A stretch of DNA of 33,129 nucleotides, taken from Spizellomyces punctatus DAOM BR117. Its lineage: Eukaryota. Within the stretch, counting starts at the first letter, position 1. Every line of letters starts with the position of its first letter. Shown one piece after another: positions 21,594 through 33,129 of the stretch. The notes beneath the pieces are model-generated. The model saw only the letters and a list, made by a program, of their open reading frames with translations, had not been told where the DNA came from and did not search any database. A program made the position numbers and the translations under genes. Location of the stretch: the NCBI GenBank assembly GCA_000182565.2, contig KQ257469.1, one strand, 5' to 3'.

Positions 21594-23968
21594 TCAATGG
21601 TTATTCACTGTGGATATATAGTCATACAAGCTGGCGAGTCGGTTATCAATATCTACAGTGTCCAGATTTGTGTCCAAATCCCAGTCCGCAAAATCATCTT
21701 TGCTCAGTGTCATTCTAGCGGTTGCACCCGTCTGTTTTCGGTTTGCTGACAACTTTGACCTGCTTCTGCTGACGTCGTCATACTGTTGAAGTAAAGTCGC
21801 GTGATCAGCTTTCCACGTTTGTGATACTGTGGGCCATGCGAAATAAAATACATATATGACACAGACGTTTACATTTTTTCCATTTGCATAAGGTCCGCCT
21901 ACGCCGCTGGCACGAGCGCCGGTAGTCGCAGTCGCGCTTGCTAAATGAATCGGACGGGAGAAAGTCAAACGCTCCGTTATAAGCAAGTCTCTGGGGCCAG
22001 AAACACACCAGAATCGCGTCTATACTTGACTGATGGCTCTTATTTAGCATCTGCAAGACGTGATCTGCAATGTAATCCTACATACCTGATCGCGTGGAAC
22101 TATTGGAACGTTCCCTACTGCAGGCGCACCGATGTGAATTCGCAAACCATGACTCGAATACGTGAAATTGCTAACCTGCGTGCGCGTCGCTCTTCCAGCT
22201 TGCGATTCCTCTCTAAAACGTACCTAAACCGAACCATCATCATTAGTCATAGGCACCAGGAGCAAAATTGCCGAATATACATACAGTGTCGGATCAAAGC
22301 GACGATAGGCCGAAGGACTCGATTTTCGTCCTGTTGGCTCCCAATTAGCGAAGGATCACCAAGCAGGGCCATTCACGTATTAAAGACCTGATGGTTGACG
22401 CCCGCGGGAGGGCGAGGGAGTTTTTCTTATTGAAGCTGGCGGGGAGCGCAACGGGCGCGATTTGACAACGCGATATTCACTTTTGCGCCTGCATCGTCAG
22501 TCTTCGGTTCCGATTACCTGCTGACTCGGTCATTCATTTACCTATTGCGAGATGTCACTGTCTCCTTGCTACGGTTAGAGCGTCTCAAAACTCTCCGCTC
22601 TAACGGCACAGATTTGACACTGCTGCTGTGCATTGCGTGTCTTTCAGAACTCGAGGATGTGCGCCTGCGAGAACCCTTCCGAACATCATCTGAACCGCCC
22701 TTTATGCCTTTCTGGTCAATTGGAGCAAGGGACACACGTTCCATTAACATCTGCCAAGCGAACCCAAGCTCAAGGGAACATACGGAAAGCGAGGTAATCA
22801 TGACATGCAGTCTTGAGATACTTTCATCTATGCGCAATCTGCGAAAAGACTAGTTTCGTAAGCACGTTGAAATTATATAAATACACGAGGAGCATCGCTT
22901 ACCTTTTGTATCATGGGGAATTCCAGGCGTATCTTTTCCAGGTCACGCTCAATCTCTTTCAAGCATTCATGGGCGTTACTTTCTCGCGCGGTCCGCGGGC
23001 TGTTCAATAAAATACAGAGGATCAGCGTTGCACACCGTTGGACTGCGCTCCTCACAACTACAAAGATTTATATACCTCTGCAATTCCTTCGTATTAGAGT
23101 CCGTGCAAGGCTGGCAGGCCACATGTTTTAATTCGTGCTTCAGCCTGTCATTCTCCCGCATGAGCTATACGCACCATGTCAACATCAAACGGTGTCGTAG
23201 CAAATGCCATTCAACTTCTGCTTACGAGCGCTATAGTCTCTAGGTGCTGTAGCTGTGATCCCAATTTCATATTGCCCTTGCGATTCTCTTCGAGGGAGTT
23301 GGGTTGCTTATCATGTAGAAGCGGTAGAGGATAGTGGACACTAATGAAAAAACCCGTCAAGCACTATGGACCAAGAAAGAAAGTATATGAGTCTATCGTC
23401 ACCTACCGGTCGAATGCAACCGCATAGGTTAAGATCATGTAGACTTTTTCCTGGCAGAGGACGGGCTCTTTGAAATCAGCACCACGAGTTTCAGGCACCT
23501 CGCCGGACTTCAGCGACTCAACATCTGCTGATGTTAGGAAGTCCAGACGCACAGTCTTGTTTGTCTAGACATATGAAAGACCCGTCACTAAGCTCGGTGC
23601 TAAGACTGTGCCGATTGATATGAATATGAACCTACATTCCTGAGTGATGATAGAAGCATTTCCACGAAGACAGGGAACCGTTTGAAGTTACCCGTTTTTT
23701 TGCAGATATCTTCGATAACTGTCAAAATGAAACCGTTCAGAGCGGTCGGTCGAGACGTTTGGTACCAGACAATAAATTGAGCACCTGCTGGGCTGAACTT
23801 GGCGTGCCATGCGTCTCCAGTGGACGGACATTCCAGGTAAATCGAGAGGCTCGGCTCGCTTCCATTGACAGATCCATCGACTTGTCCATACACGAATAAC
23901 TGGCACTCACCACCTTTGAGCAGAACGATAGCCTTCTCGTTGAAACAGCCGAGATCCAACGAGGCCAT
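21594..23968 (-). CDS. CCDC61: CCDC61/VFL3 centriole/basal-body coiled-coil protein (multi-exon)
   Basis: N-terminal head IEDICKKTGNFKRFPVFVEML, VRLDFLT and YMILTYAVAFDRVHYPLPL, plus C-terminal DIDNRLASLYDYI, match the CCDC61 family as I recall it (IEDLTHKTGNFKQF / FDRIHYPLPL / EIDARLKALQEYM). Confidence 0.88.
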
Positions 23969-24043
23969 GTCTACTGGACCAAGTTAACGCGTTAACGCGT
24001 CGCCCGCATATTACTTGTAGGTGTCCAGCTTTTTTGGCAACCA
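23969..24043. promoter_or_regulatory. 75-bp divergent spacer and putative bidirectional promoter with two ACGCGT (MCB-like) boxes
   Basis: CCDC61 ATG at 23968(-), predicted VPS52 ATG at 24044(+); GTTAACGCGTTAACGCGT at 23983-24000. Confidence 0.65.
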
Positions 24044-27000
24044 ATGTCCGCAGCCTCCCTCAAGACGACGGGCGAAGCTACCATACAGCCAGTTATTCCT
24101 AGTGCTCTTTCGTCGGATAGAGGGCAGAAATGGGTGGCTGCTCTGTTGGATTCTGGAGACCTGGTATTACCGTTGAGCACGTTGGTGCCCCCATAAATAG
24201 ACGGGATAACCTCACTACACGCAAACTCACGCTCAGCATGCCACAAATGAACTTGAGACTGTGCAGTCGCCGACCCACGAACTTTCATTTGACGAAGTGG
24301 ACGGTAAGATGCAGACATTGCTGTTGTCTCACTCATACTTAGTTGACTGGGTTTTATTGCCAGACCGTATCTCAGCTTTTCAGGAAGACGCCTTAGTGAA
24401 AGATGCCTTTGCAAAGGTACATACAAAGGTGGAAATATGCTTCGGGCAGGAGAGGGGTCCCTAAGAGAGTAGCTGCTATTGCATAGGGTGCGGACCTAAG
24501 GGATTACGCCAAACACATATCACAAGAGTTGGAGATACTTGAACAGGAGCACATACTTAACTGTACGACCACATCCCGCCTTCTGTGCTGCAAATGTGAA
24601 GCCCGCCAATCGAATATTTTTTAGATGTAACAAATAGCCAGCCTTTCGTCGATTTACATCAACAAATTCATGTGAGTTTGCCTGACGAGACCGAAAGACG
24701 TCGCCAGTTAACCCTAGTCCACGATCCCTATCTCTTTCAGGCCTGCGACGACATTCTACAGAAAATGGAGACGTTAATGAGCGGATTTCACTCAGATTTG
24801 GGCACTGTGAGCGCTGAAATTGAAATCCTTCAAGAACAGTCGCATTCAATGAGTATCAAGCTGAAAAATCGTACGGTATGTGGGGAAGCTTGCTTGAATG
24901 TTGTACTATCCTGTTGACTGTGCAATATTGCAAAAATTATAAGAGCATTCAGCAATTGCTGAACACCGTCCTTGATGGCGTTGTAATCAATCCCGATCTT
25001 ATTAGGTGCTATAGCAATACGTCCTTCGTATATTAGATTTGAGGAGAAAATTGATTGATGTGGTTTTATATTTATAGAAAAATATGCGAAGGCGAGGTCA
25101 ACGAGTTTTTCCTGCAGCATCTTGAAGTTCTGCAAAAAGTGCCCTCGTTTCAAAGAGTCAGCAAGGACAACATATTCGGGCGTTCAAGGATGCAGGACCG
25201 GAACTGGAACGCTTGCGTCTGAAAGTGAGGAGTGTCACCTCACAGTTTGCTTATCCTTGCACCGACTGACCACCTACTCTATTTGAATAGGCCGCTGAGA
25301 AGTCTCGAGACTTCCTTATCAAAAAGATAGACTCCTTGCGAGCCCCAAATACAAATATCGCCATTATCCAGCAAAATATTTTGTTAAAGTATAAAGAGCT
25401 GTATTGGTTTTTGGCGGAACGCTACAGCGAGGCGGCCATGGAAATACGAACGCTTTATGTGACCACGGTAGGCAATTACTACATTGCCTCGTTCGATAAG
25501 TATATGAAGTCCCTGCAAAGAGTTCAGGTCGTGATTTTCGACAATTCAGCAATACACGTTCTGCTGAGAACTTGACCAATTTCCGTTTACAGATGATAAT
25601 TGGGGATAGGTCCGACCTAATTGCAAACGAAGAAAGTCCAAAACGGGGTACCTACTCAAATCAAAGTTGAGATTTCGCGCATATCATAGTGAATTTCATC
25701 CAAACTCTGCAGGACTACCCGGACTTCCTGGATTATTCGGTCACAAGACTGCTCTGAAAGATAAATCAAATGTTTTCACTCTCGGTGACCGGCTACAAGT
25801 GCTGACTACTCCAGATCCTGGTATTATCCTGACGCATATAGCGGAAGAACAGAACATGGTAAGAAAACAGCGTGTTGAAAGAGGACATGTACGGGATCCT
25901 CAATGATGAGTGTCTAGAAATTCCCATTCGAAGCGATATTCAAAAGTGTGTCAAGACTGCTCATGGACAACGCATCCTCAGAGTATTTGTTTGCTATTGA
26001 ATTCTTCGCAGCACCTCGTGGCAAAAATGGGCGGTCAAAAAAAGATGGCCAATCGGGGGCACTCATATTCGGGGAAGTCTATGACCCAACGCTGAAATTT
26101 ATTCAGGTATCAGTTACCCAAGTGCCATGGTTTCAACGCATTCCTCTCACCCATGAGCGAAGGCTTTCAATAAACAATATATCGACACCAGTTTCGATGC
26201 GGTCGGCATATTGATGTGTATTCGCCTGAACAGCCAGAACATACGAATCATGCAGAAGCGTAGAATTCCTTGTCTTGAGAACTTTGCCAACGCAACGAAT
26301 ATGCTTCTATGGCCAAGATTCCAAGCGATTATGGACCTTCATATTGAAAGCCTCAAAAGGGCTGTTCCCCGGAATTTACTTCCTTCGAAAGATTTCCATC
26401 CTCATTATGTAATTCGAAACTTGTATGCTCAGAGTGATGTCATTTTCACTAACTCTGAGACACCTTACAAAGGTAACGAGGCGATATGCAGAGTTTGCCG
26501 CGTCTATTCTTACTTTGAACCAAGGATACGATGATGCTTTGCTCATAAATAGGTATTTCCTGGTACAGTTGTAGATGTACTGATGTACACCCGTTTAATG
26601 TCTCTCTAGCTTGCTTCGCCTGCGAACAGAGATTGAACACCTTCTGATGCGGATGTCGGGAGAATTTAACGACAAGAAGAGCCGTTTGGTATTCCTTATC
26701 AATAACTTTGACCTTGTAGTGGCTGTCCTTAGCGTAAGTAGCGTCTTTTCGGTTAAGATGACGAAGCTTACCCCATCTTCGCAATAGGAGCACTCCGCTT
26801 CATCTTTCGAACAGGAGAAGATGCACTTCAATGGTGTCCTCGATAGCAAGATCAACGAATATGTGGAGGAAGAGCTAAAGCCTCACTTCTTGGGACTAAT
26901 GACCTTCGTAATTGCGGCCGAGAGTGACCCAAATGTTGTAAATCTGCAGGAAGGTGAAGCACAACTGTTACAGACGCAATAGTCGCACTTGAGGAATGAC

Positions 27001-27351
27001 GTGGTTATTGCTTGGATATTAGAGAAATTCGAAAGAGTGGCAGCTGACTTCAATACGTGCTGGAAAAATGCGCTTACAAGCATAAATCAATCTGTGATGC
27101 AGAACTTTTCCAACTTTCAAAACGGGGCGCGCATCCTGCATGCGGCACTGACGCAGCTTCTACTCTTCTACAAGCGCTTTTTTACGCTTTGGGAGAAACG
27201 CTTTGTCACAAAGAAACCCAAAGTCCAACCAGTTGGACTGCAAAGTGTCATGGTCGAGATCAAGAAGTTCAGGTTGGTATTGTTGTGCCATTGTTCGCTG
27301 TGAAGTTGGCTCGAAGGTTAACCTCATTCCAACAGATCAAGTTTTCAATAG
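24044..27351 (+). CDS. VPS52: Vacuolar protein sorting 52 (GARP complex subunit, Sac2 family), multi-exon
   Basis: GADLRDYAKHI, ACDDILQKMETLMSGFHSDLGTVSAEIEILQEQSHSMSIKLKNR, LLMDNASSEYLF, LLWPRFQAIMDLHIESLK, PHYVTRRYAEF, FLINNFDLV and MVEIKKFRSSFQ*. Confidence 0.93.
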
Positions 27352-27958
27352 TCTTGTATAGAAATGGAATTGCCGGATCTGCTGGCTCAGACATTAGCGG
27401 CGGTGAACAAATTGCAGGGGTGAGACGCCGTTGTTTCCGATGCAGGCGTACGTAGCAAGCCCATCGCGATGAAGGCCACTTTTGCAAACAAGCATCCTCA
27501 GTGGTACATGATCCTTTAAGATGCCCTATAGATCTGTAGATTTCAGAAAGGATTGAAAGGGAAGGCATTGCGCCGTTAATTAAATCGCGTGAGCATCAAC
27601 CACCCATGGTCGGAGACAAATGGGTCAGCCACAATCTTGATTCTCACAATACTCTGATTCATGCACACCCTTCGCTGCCACCAAGCCGAAACTGAGCTAA
27701 TACAATGGTTTGTCGGCGTTCTGGAAGCCATTTTGCCGCCTGCTGTGCTGAAAGCGTCTCGGTTGAAACTCGCTGGAAAATCATATTTCCACTAATGCCC
27801 ATGAACACCGAGCGTGCCACAATAATTACAGTATATTCTCGATATGGATAGCCTCAAGACGACACTCGGCGAACATGACAATGTTATTGCAGCAATAACG
27901 AAAAAATCCAAGCCTTCAATTTCAGTTCTATGGGCATATTTTCGATTCAAAGGAACAT

Positions 27959-28916
27959 TTAACTGGTCATCCGCGTCACCTAGAGGAAAAACTTCAGTAT
28001 ATCACCCTATTCCACAAAACCTACTGACAACATTCAATAGATATATACCTTATCCAACACAGTGTCGTGACTAACTTCAGACAGATCGGTGCACTGAATT
28101 TCGGTGTAGATACCATCAAGCTTTTTCCTCAAAGCGTCCTTGCTAGCTGCGTACAACATCTTCTGCTTGATTTTCGACGTGTCCGGCGACCTAAGAAAAA
28201 GAACGACCCGACATCAACCCCGAATTGAGATGACCGTCTGCTAGAGGGGCCAATGAAAATATCTTTAACCCACTTACCACACGTAGAAGAGGATTTTGTT
28301 CCTAATTCCCTCTCCAGCCGTGTCGTACTGGAAGTCATACACGCAGTAGCGGCACTGATCTGCTGGCAGGGATGCTACAAAGTCTTCGTAGTCAGCACTT
28401 TCCACAGTCTTTTCCACCACGATTTCGGTATTGTTGTCGTTGATCTTGTAAATGATATAGCGGTACTTCTTCTTCAACTTTAGCTCCTGGAATGCCTCCA
28501 CGGCACTATCCTGAACTCCCACTCCGCTGGACTACAGCAATAAACAAGACGGTTAGAGGCCCAGTATCGGCAAACGTGCATTTCCCTATCGCCGAGGCTG
28601 GTTCCAGTATACGATAAGTCCAAATCCAATCTCCGTTATTTCCGGGTTCAATTTTCCCATTCCCATGAAGACCATCTTGGCGCGTCAAGATGGTCATGTC
28701 ACTTTGACATTGAGAGTCGCCAATTGTTGCCTGCATCACTCTCATCCACCTGTCGCATAGGATGGATGGATGGATGCCCTTGGATGGCTTAGATGTCTTC
28801 AAGTTGTCCGGAGAGATGCCTCCAGCGCGCTTGACGCCATCCACGATGGCCGTGGCCATGATCGCTCAATTTACCAACTCTGATGTTCCTTCTCATATGT
28901 TACCTTTACTCACCAT
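27959..28916 (-). CDS. COF1: Cofilin/actin-depolymerizing factor; exons 28914-28916 (ATG only), 28278-28531, about 28049-28190 and 27959-27979
   Basis: M|SSGVGVQDSAVEAFQELKLKKKYRYIIYKI...CRYCVYDFQY...RNKILFYVW|SPDTSKIKQKMLYAASKDALRKKLDGI...EIQCTD, with canonical splice sites. Confidence 0.96.
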
Positions 28917-29690
28917 TTTATGTTTGATGTGAGTTCTTCGGGAAGATACTGAAGAAAATGTCGAGAGGAAGCGGTATTAGGAGTCGAAATGCGGCTGGAC
29001 GATGCGTGTGTGAGTGTTGGAGTTGGTCAATGTTACGCGTCCAATATTATCGCATGCGTGTGATTTGAGCGGCGTTTTGTGATGTTTATTTTTGGGCCAA
29101 ACTCGACTAGTTGATAATATACATTGCAGCAATAGATACTATTATCGTCCCAGGAATCATAGCCTTTTTTTGAACCGTTAACATATTCATCACAGATGTA
29201 TTCAAGTAGAATATGGCAGAAGCTATCACTACTTCTCAGATGTCATCTATTTTTCCAGCCAAACTTCAACCATGTGTGAGTATCTTCAGATCCAAGAGGC
29301 GATGGTATGCAATAATGTGGTCCATAAGAGTACATCTTGCATCCATCGATTATTCTGCCGCTGGTAATGAGCTGTTCTGTTGATCGATTGTCTACTATGT
29401 TCCATCTGATCCTTCGTTTTTTCGTCAATCTCATCACCCTATTCGACTCCAAATACGTCCAAGTTCGACAATGCAATTGTGCTGGTGCAATAGGCCACCC
29501 TGGCCTCTCCATTCGACATGCAAGTTACTATAGTTCACTGGCTTGATTGCAGGGATATATCCATAGTGTGGAGGTGATTGAAAATGGCACTAAGACCCAT
29601 TGTTATCCGGATAATCCGGTTAATCATATCGCATAATCAGAACCCCCTCTATCGCTCAGATTGGTGTGGCATGCAGCGGTGTGGCATGCA

Positions 29691-30546
29691 TGTAATGTTT
29701 TTTTTTTTTTTTAAACTGCGGTGAGGCACATGCCAAACGTCTATAAAAAGGGGACCTTCTCCCTCTTCCCTCTTTCCTCTTTACCCATCCTCGACTCAAA
29801 GCATCCGCCCAACAAATCTCAGTCCACCATGAGAATACTGCTCTGGTGCCAAGGACCTCGACTGCCCGACAGCAACTGTGATCAGAACCAGCAGCAACCA
29901 ATCGGATCCGATAACAAAGCTGCTATTATGCTGCCACACTTGTTGAGCTTGGTTGGTATGTATTGATGGCATTTTGTAGCGAATGACTCTGGTAAACCGG
30001 TTCGCTTAAAGGCATCAGGTAACCATGATTGAGGTTTCCGCAATTGCAACCTAAGCTTCGAAACCCCTGAGATCAAGCTCGGTTCTGGGCTACACCAGCG
30101 CAGCACAAAGGATATGTTATGCAATCATAATTGATCATGGCAATGATCGGAAACGGGAATATCGGACACCGCCACCCTAATAAAGGTTATGGAAACCAGT
30201 GTAGATGTTACCATAGTATATTCTTGTATAAAAAAGACGAATTCAATAAAATAAGTTGGGGGCAGAAGCCGTAGCAACACTAAATCCCCACAACTAGCTT
30301 CTCAACTCCAATCTTAGGTTAACAGGAACCTAACAGAGCACTTCAATGGCCTGATCACCCACACTGAAGCCTCTAAATCCTGCTCAGTTCACAACTAACT
30401 GACTCTCCTTGCCTCTCACCCTCAAGTCACTACCAACACCCAAAGAAAGGATTCAGAGACTACAATTCCTAGTACAGACACCCACATAACCTGCTAGGAG
30501 ACCCAAGTTGTCTTTACCATAGTCTACCAACAAAAAATCCATTACA
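29691..30546 (+). repeat. Putative 5' LTR (856 bp) of a second gypsy-like element, TGTAATG...CATTACA
   Basis: 7-bp terminal inverted repeat extended by T/A runs, followed at once by a TGG-starting PBS and a gag frame. No second LTR in the window to confirm the left boundary. Confidence 0.65.
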
Positions 30547-30562
30547 TGGTGGAGAAGCACGA
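30547..30562 (+). other. Putative PBS TGGTGGAGAAGCACGA, like the complement of a tRNA-Ala 3' end
   Basis: Starts with TGG right after ...TTACA; ...UCUCCACCA is a typical tRNA-Ala acceptor end. Confidence 0.6.
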
Positions 30563-30700
30563 CGAACTGCCTTCCCCTCTCAAATTCAGCTGAAAACCTT
30601 ATTCAGTCATACCGAAACTCTTGCGCAAACCAAGATCCACTCAGGTAGCTACTCAGAAACCTTTTCTCTCATTTCGGAAACAGACTTCACAAAACCAAGA

Positions 30701-32317
30701 ATGATGCCAGTCGAACACTCACCAACGTGAGGCCGCTCACCTGTGATCCAGACTCATAGTCAGGGTCCTGCGGAGGACATTGAAGTCCCTCCTGCAACAC
30801 GCCTGAGGCGTTTGGGGACCACTTCTGTCGAACCGGAAGCCCCTAACTTGGCCACAATGGCCTCTGAAGTGGCAGCATTAAAAGAAGACATTGCCCGCTT
30901 GACTGCTGCAACACAGTTGGCAACTCAAAATCTTATGGAACAGCTTCATAGGCTTTCTGAATGTCAGACAGTGGTGGATGAGCACCTTGCATGAGCCTTA
31001 GAAGCCCTAGTGCATCGCCCACTGCCCAAACAACCTCTCATAGCACATGCTACAAGAGAACAGTCTGCAACCCCATGGGAAATGTTGGACACACCAAGGG
31101 AGCATACTGAACCAAGTTTTTCAGGTCCGGTGCCTCCAATCCAAGTGCCAGCAGCCCCGTGGGCCAGCAACACCAAGGTCGATTCCTTGAAAGCAAAGGA
31201 CATACCCGAGTTTACAGGCAAAAGAAACCAAGACGTTGAAGAATGGCTTAACAAAGTCCAACTTCTTCAAAACATTAGTGCAACATCAGATGCCAGGATG
31301 GTACAGCTCCTGCTAGCCATGATAGCTGAGAAAACCCCTGCTGATGCTTGGTTTTACACTCTGGAAGCCCAGGAAACTCACTCGTGGACCTGGAAAAGGT
31401 GGAAGGAAGAACTGCTTTGAGAGTTCCGAGACCCCCTAACCAAGTCCAAGTGCAAAACCAAATATGTGCACTGCCATGTGAACCCCAAAGAATTTCGCAG
31501 CTTTCTTGCATTCATTGACCACAAAACTCATCTCTGGCACCTTGCATATGGTGACTGGGCAAACATAGAATGTCCCGCTGACCAGCATTTCGACCTAATA
31601 GTCAAACAATTGCCCAGTGACATCCAAATCATGGTCAAATCCTGTAACATCATGAACCTGACCAAATTAAAAGACTTCCTGCACCTTTATTTCAGCTCTG
31701 ATGACACCAGAAAGCGAGACCCTTGCTACAGCGGTGCTGCAGAAGCTCAGAAGAAGTCACAAAAGACTGGAACCGATAAAGGCCCTAAGCAGACAGCTCA
31801 ACATAAAACCGGAAACCCCAAAAAGGGTCGCGACGGCCCTCAGAAGATGGTTCCAGACCCCAACAAGGAACCACTGGCACCCTGCAAATTCTGTCAGAAA
31901 AAGCGTCATTGGAATGTTTTCTGCTGGCAGAACCCAAACCAAAAAGATCCTGAAGATGGAAAGAAGGGACCATATGGAGCACCCATGCCCGCAGGTTGGA
32001 AACCCAAACAGGAGTCCAAGAAGTTGTACATAGTGGAGCTGGACTTGATGTCTGCTACCACCGAGACTCTTTTTTTGGCTTTGGAACTGGAAAGGACAGC
32101 CACCGCTAATCAAGGATTCCACACCATCGGATTCTTTCATTCACCCAAGCACTCAGAATCAACAATTTTGATGACCGCACCTCTTTCCGAGGTCATGGAG
32201 ACTAAGGAAGAGGACCCCCGCATGCCCATGCAGGGCTGGGACCGAGTCTGGGACAACATAGCCATCATCTGGGGCACCCCGCAAGTGGCTCTGATGATGG
32301 GTGACAACCCCCGCTGA
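30701..32317 (+). pseudogene. Retrotransposon gag (gypsy-like) in one frame with three in-frame TGA stops
   Basis: ORFs 30743, 31010 and 31466 share one frame; DIPEFTG...DVEEWL, AWFYTL...WTWKRWKEEL and the CX2CX4HX4C knuckle CKFCQKKRHWNVFC. Confidence 0.82.
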
Positions 32318-32753
32318 TAATATGATATACCCGGTGTATAATATGATATACCCGGCTTATAATATTCTATATAATAAGCCGTATTGAAGTGTTTGCCCAA
32401 TGCATTGGAGTGTTTCAAAGTGTTTCAAAGTGTTTCAAAGTGTTTCGAGTCTTCCAAGGTGTTTGTCCAAGTCCGGGACTATTGATGAAGGGATGTGCGC
32501 ATCTACGCCGAAAATTTTCTCTGACATACACGTAAAATTTTACGCATCTAATATTTCACGTGTCCAAACTTGACATTTGCTTCTTCTCAAGACTCCATGG
32601 TTCGTTTCCCCTTGGGCGGTTCGTTTCCCTTGGGCGGTTCGTTTGGTGATTTTACTCGAGCAAATTCTTGCTACTAGGTTCAAACGCCACACTTTATGAA
32701 ATCACTTTATCTTGCCACTAGGTTCAAATGCCACACTTTATGAAATCACTTTA
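32315..32753. repeat. Cluster of unrelated short tandem repeats and a hairpin
   Basis: 18-mer x2 at 21-bp period (32317, 32338); 8-bp-stem hairpin 32353-32381; 10-bp GTGTTTCAAA x3.5 (32410-32446); 18/19-bp GGTTCGTTTCCC(C)TTGGGC x2.5 (32599-32644); 44-bp x2 (32666-32753). Confidence 0.9.
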
Positions 32754-33129
32754 GCTTGGGACTCCATCTCTCCACCTTCCTTTACTGATGGTACTCGGGA
32801 GACCTTCAGTCTCAACACTTTTCGTTGTTTGCGGTAGATTGTGATAATCTCCATCACTTGGTCTTCTGTATATCCTGCCTCCATTAGCCCCTGCTTGACG
32901 TCATCCACCAAAGCATTTAGCTTCTCCTCTACTAGTGATGCCACATACATATTTGAACCATCTTCGCCTATGATTGTCCTCACATCCTTCTTAACCATTT
33001 TCCTTTCAATTGCCTCCTTTCTATGGCGATTCGTTGTTACGACTGCTTGGTGCATCTCATTGTCAACTGTGAGTTGGTAGAACCTCTTCATCTCATTTAG
33101 CTCTTCTTCACTTGCTCGCCTCATCATTT
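32738..33129 (-). CDS. Hypothetical protein, charged and helical, probably 5'-partial
   Basis: At least 129 codons without a stop or evident intron, open to the window edge; no family recognised. Confidence 0.5.
   Translation of the reverse strand, partial: MMRRASEEELNEMKRFYQLTVDNEMHQAVVTTNRHRKEAIERKMVKKDVRTIIGEDGSNMYVASLVEEKLNALVDDVKQGLMEAGYTEDQVMEIITIYRKQRKVLRLKVSRVPSVKEGGEMESQAKVIS

Noticed and set aside
27352-27958. Possible ncRNA or hammerhead-like motif between VPS52 and cofilin
   Set aside because: No complete CUGANGA/GAAA core, tRNA boxes or convincing stems; most simply 3' UTRs.
29243-29690. Short ORFs, the palindrome TTATCCGGATAA (29603-29614) and a duplicated GGTGTGGCATGCA (29663-29690)
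   Set aside because: No recognisable protein or partner terminal repeat; could be chance or insertion-site scars.
30701-32317. UGA recoding (selenocysteine, Trp or programmed read-through) in gag
   Set aside because: Host genes here appear to use TGA as a stop, and CpG decay explains the pattern more simply.
32315-32753. CRISPR array or Helitron 3' end
   Set aside because: Eukaryotic context and no unique spacers; no CTRR terminus at the expected distance from the hairpin.

Overview
Eukaryotic DNA, very probably from a flagellated (zoosporic, chytrid-like) fungus: the genes have many short GT-AG introns, look fungal, and include the basal-body gene CCDC61/VFL3. There are three zones. (1) 1-18.36 kb is a nested, rearranged retrotransposon cluster with four assembly gaps. 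It holds at least five copies or fragments of one Ty1/copia family with 513-bp LTRs, a Ty5-type half-tRNA(iMet) primer site and non-canonical TG...TA LTR ends. It also holds a CpG-free Ty3/gypsy protease-RT fragment, complex inversion junctions, a solo LTR with a duplicated promoter pointing antisense into a neighbouring copy, and older decayed relatives. (2) 18.36-29 kb follows a sharp switch from CpG-free to CpG-rich sequence and has four tightly packed genes: a TGL3-like patatin lipase (+, with microexons), CCDC61 (-), VPS52 (+) and cofilin (-). The lipase and CCDC61 stop codons appear to abut, and CCDC61 and VPS52 share a 75-bp divergent spacer with two ACGCGT boxes. (3) 29.7-33.1 kb holds a decayed gypsy element (LTR, tRNA-Ala-like PBS, gag broken by three TGA stops), cut off by an unclassified repeat-rich element with an orphan ORF. 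The best candidate for new biology is a self-nesting, dsRNA-prone Ty5-like cluster at a methylation boundary (possibly pericentromeric), together with a retroelement that appears to have recoded itself to lose all CpG. Exon structures were read by eye and are predictions.
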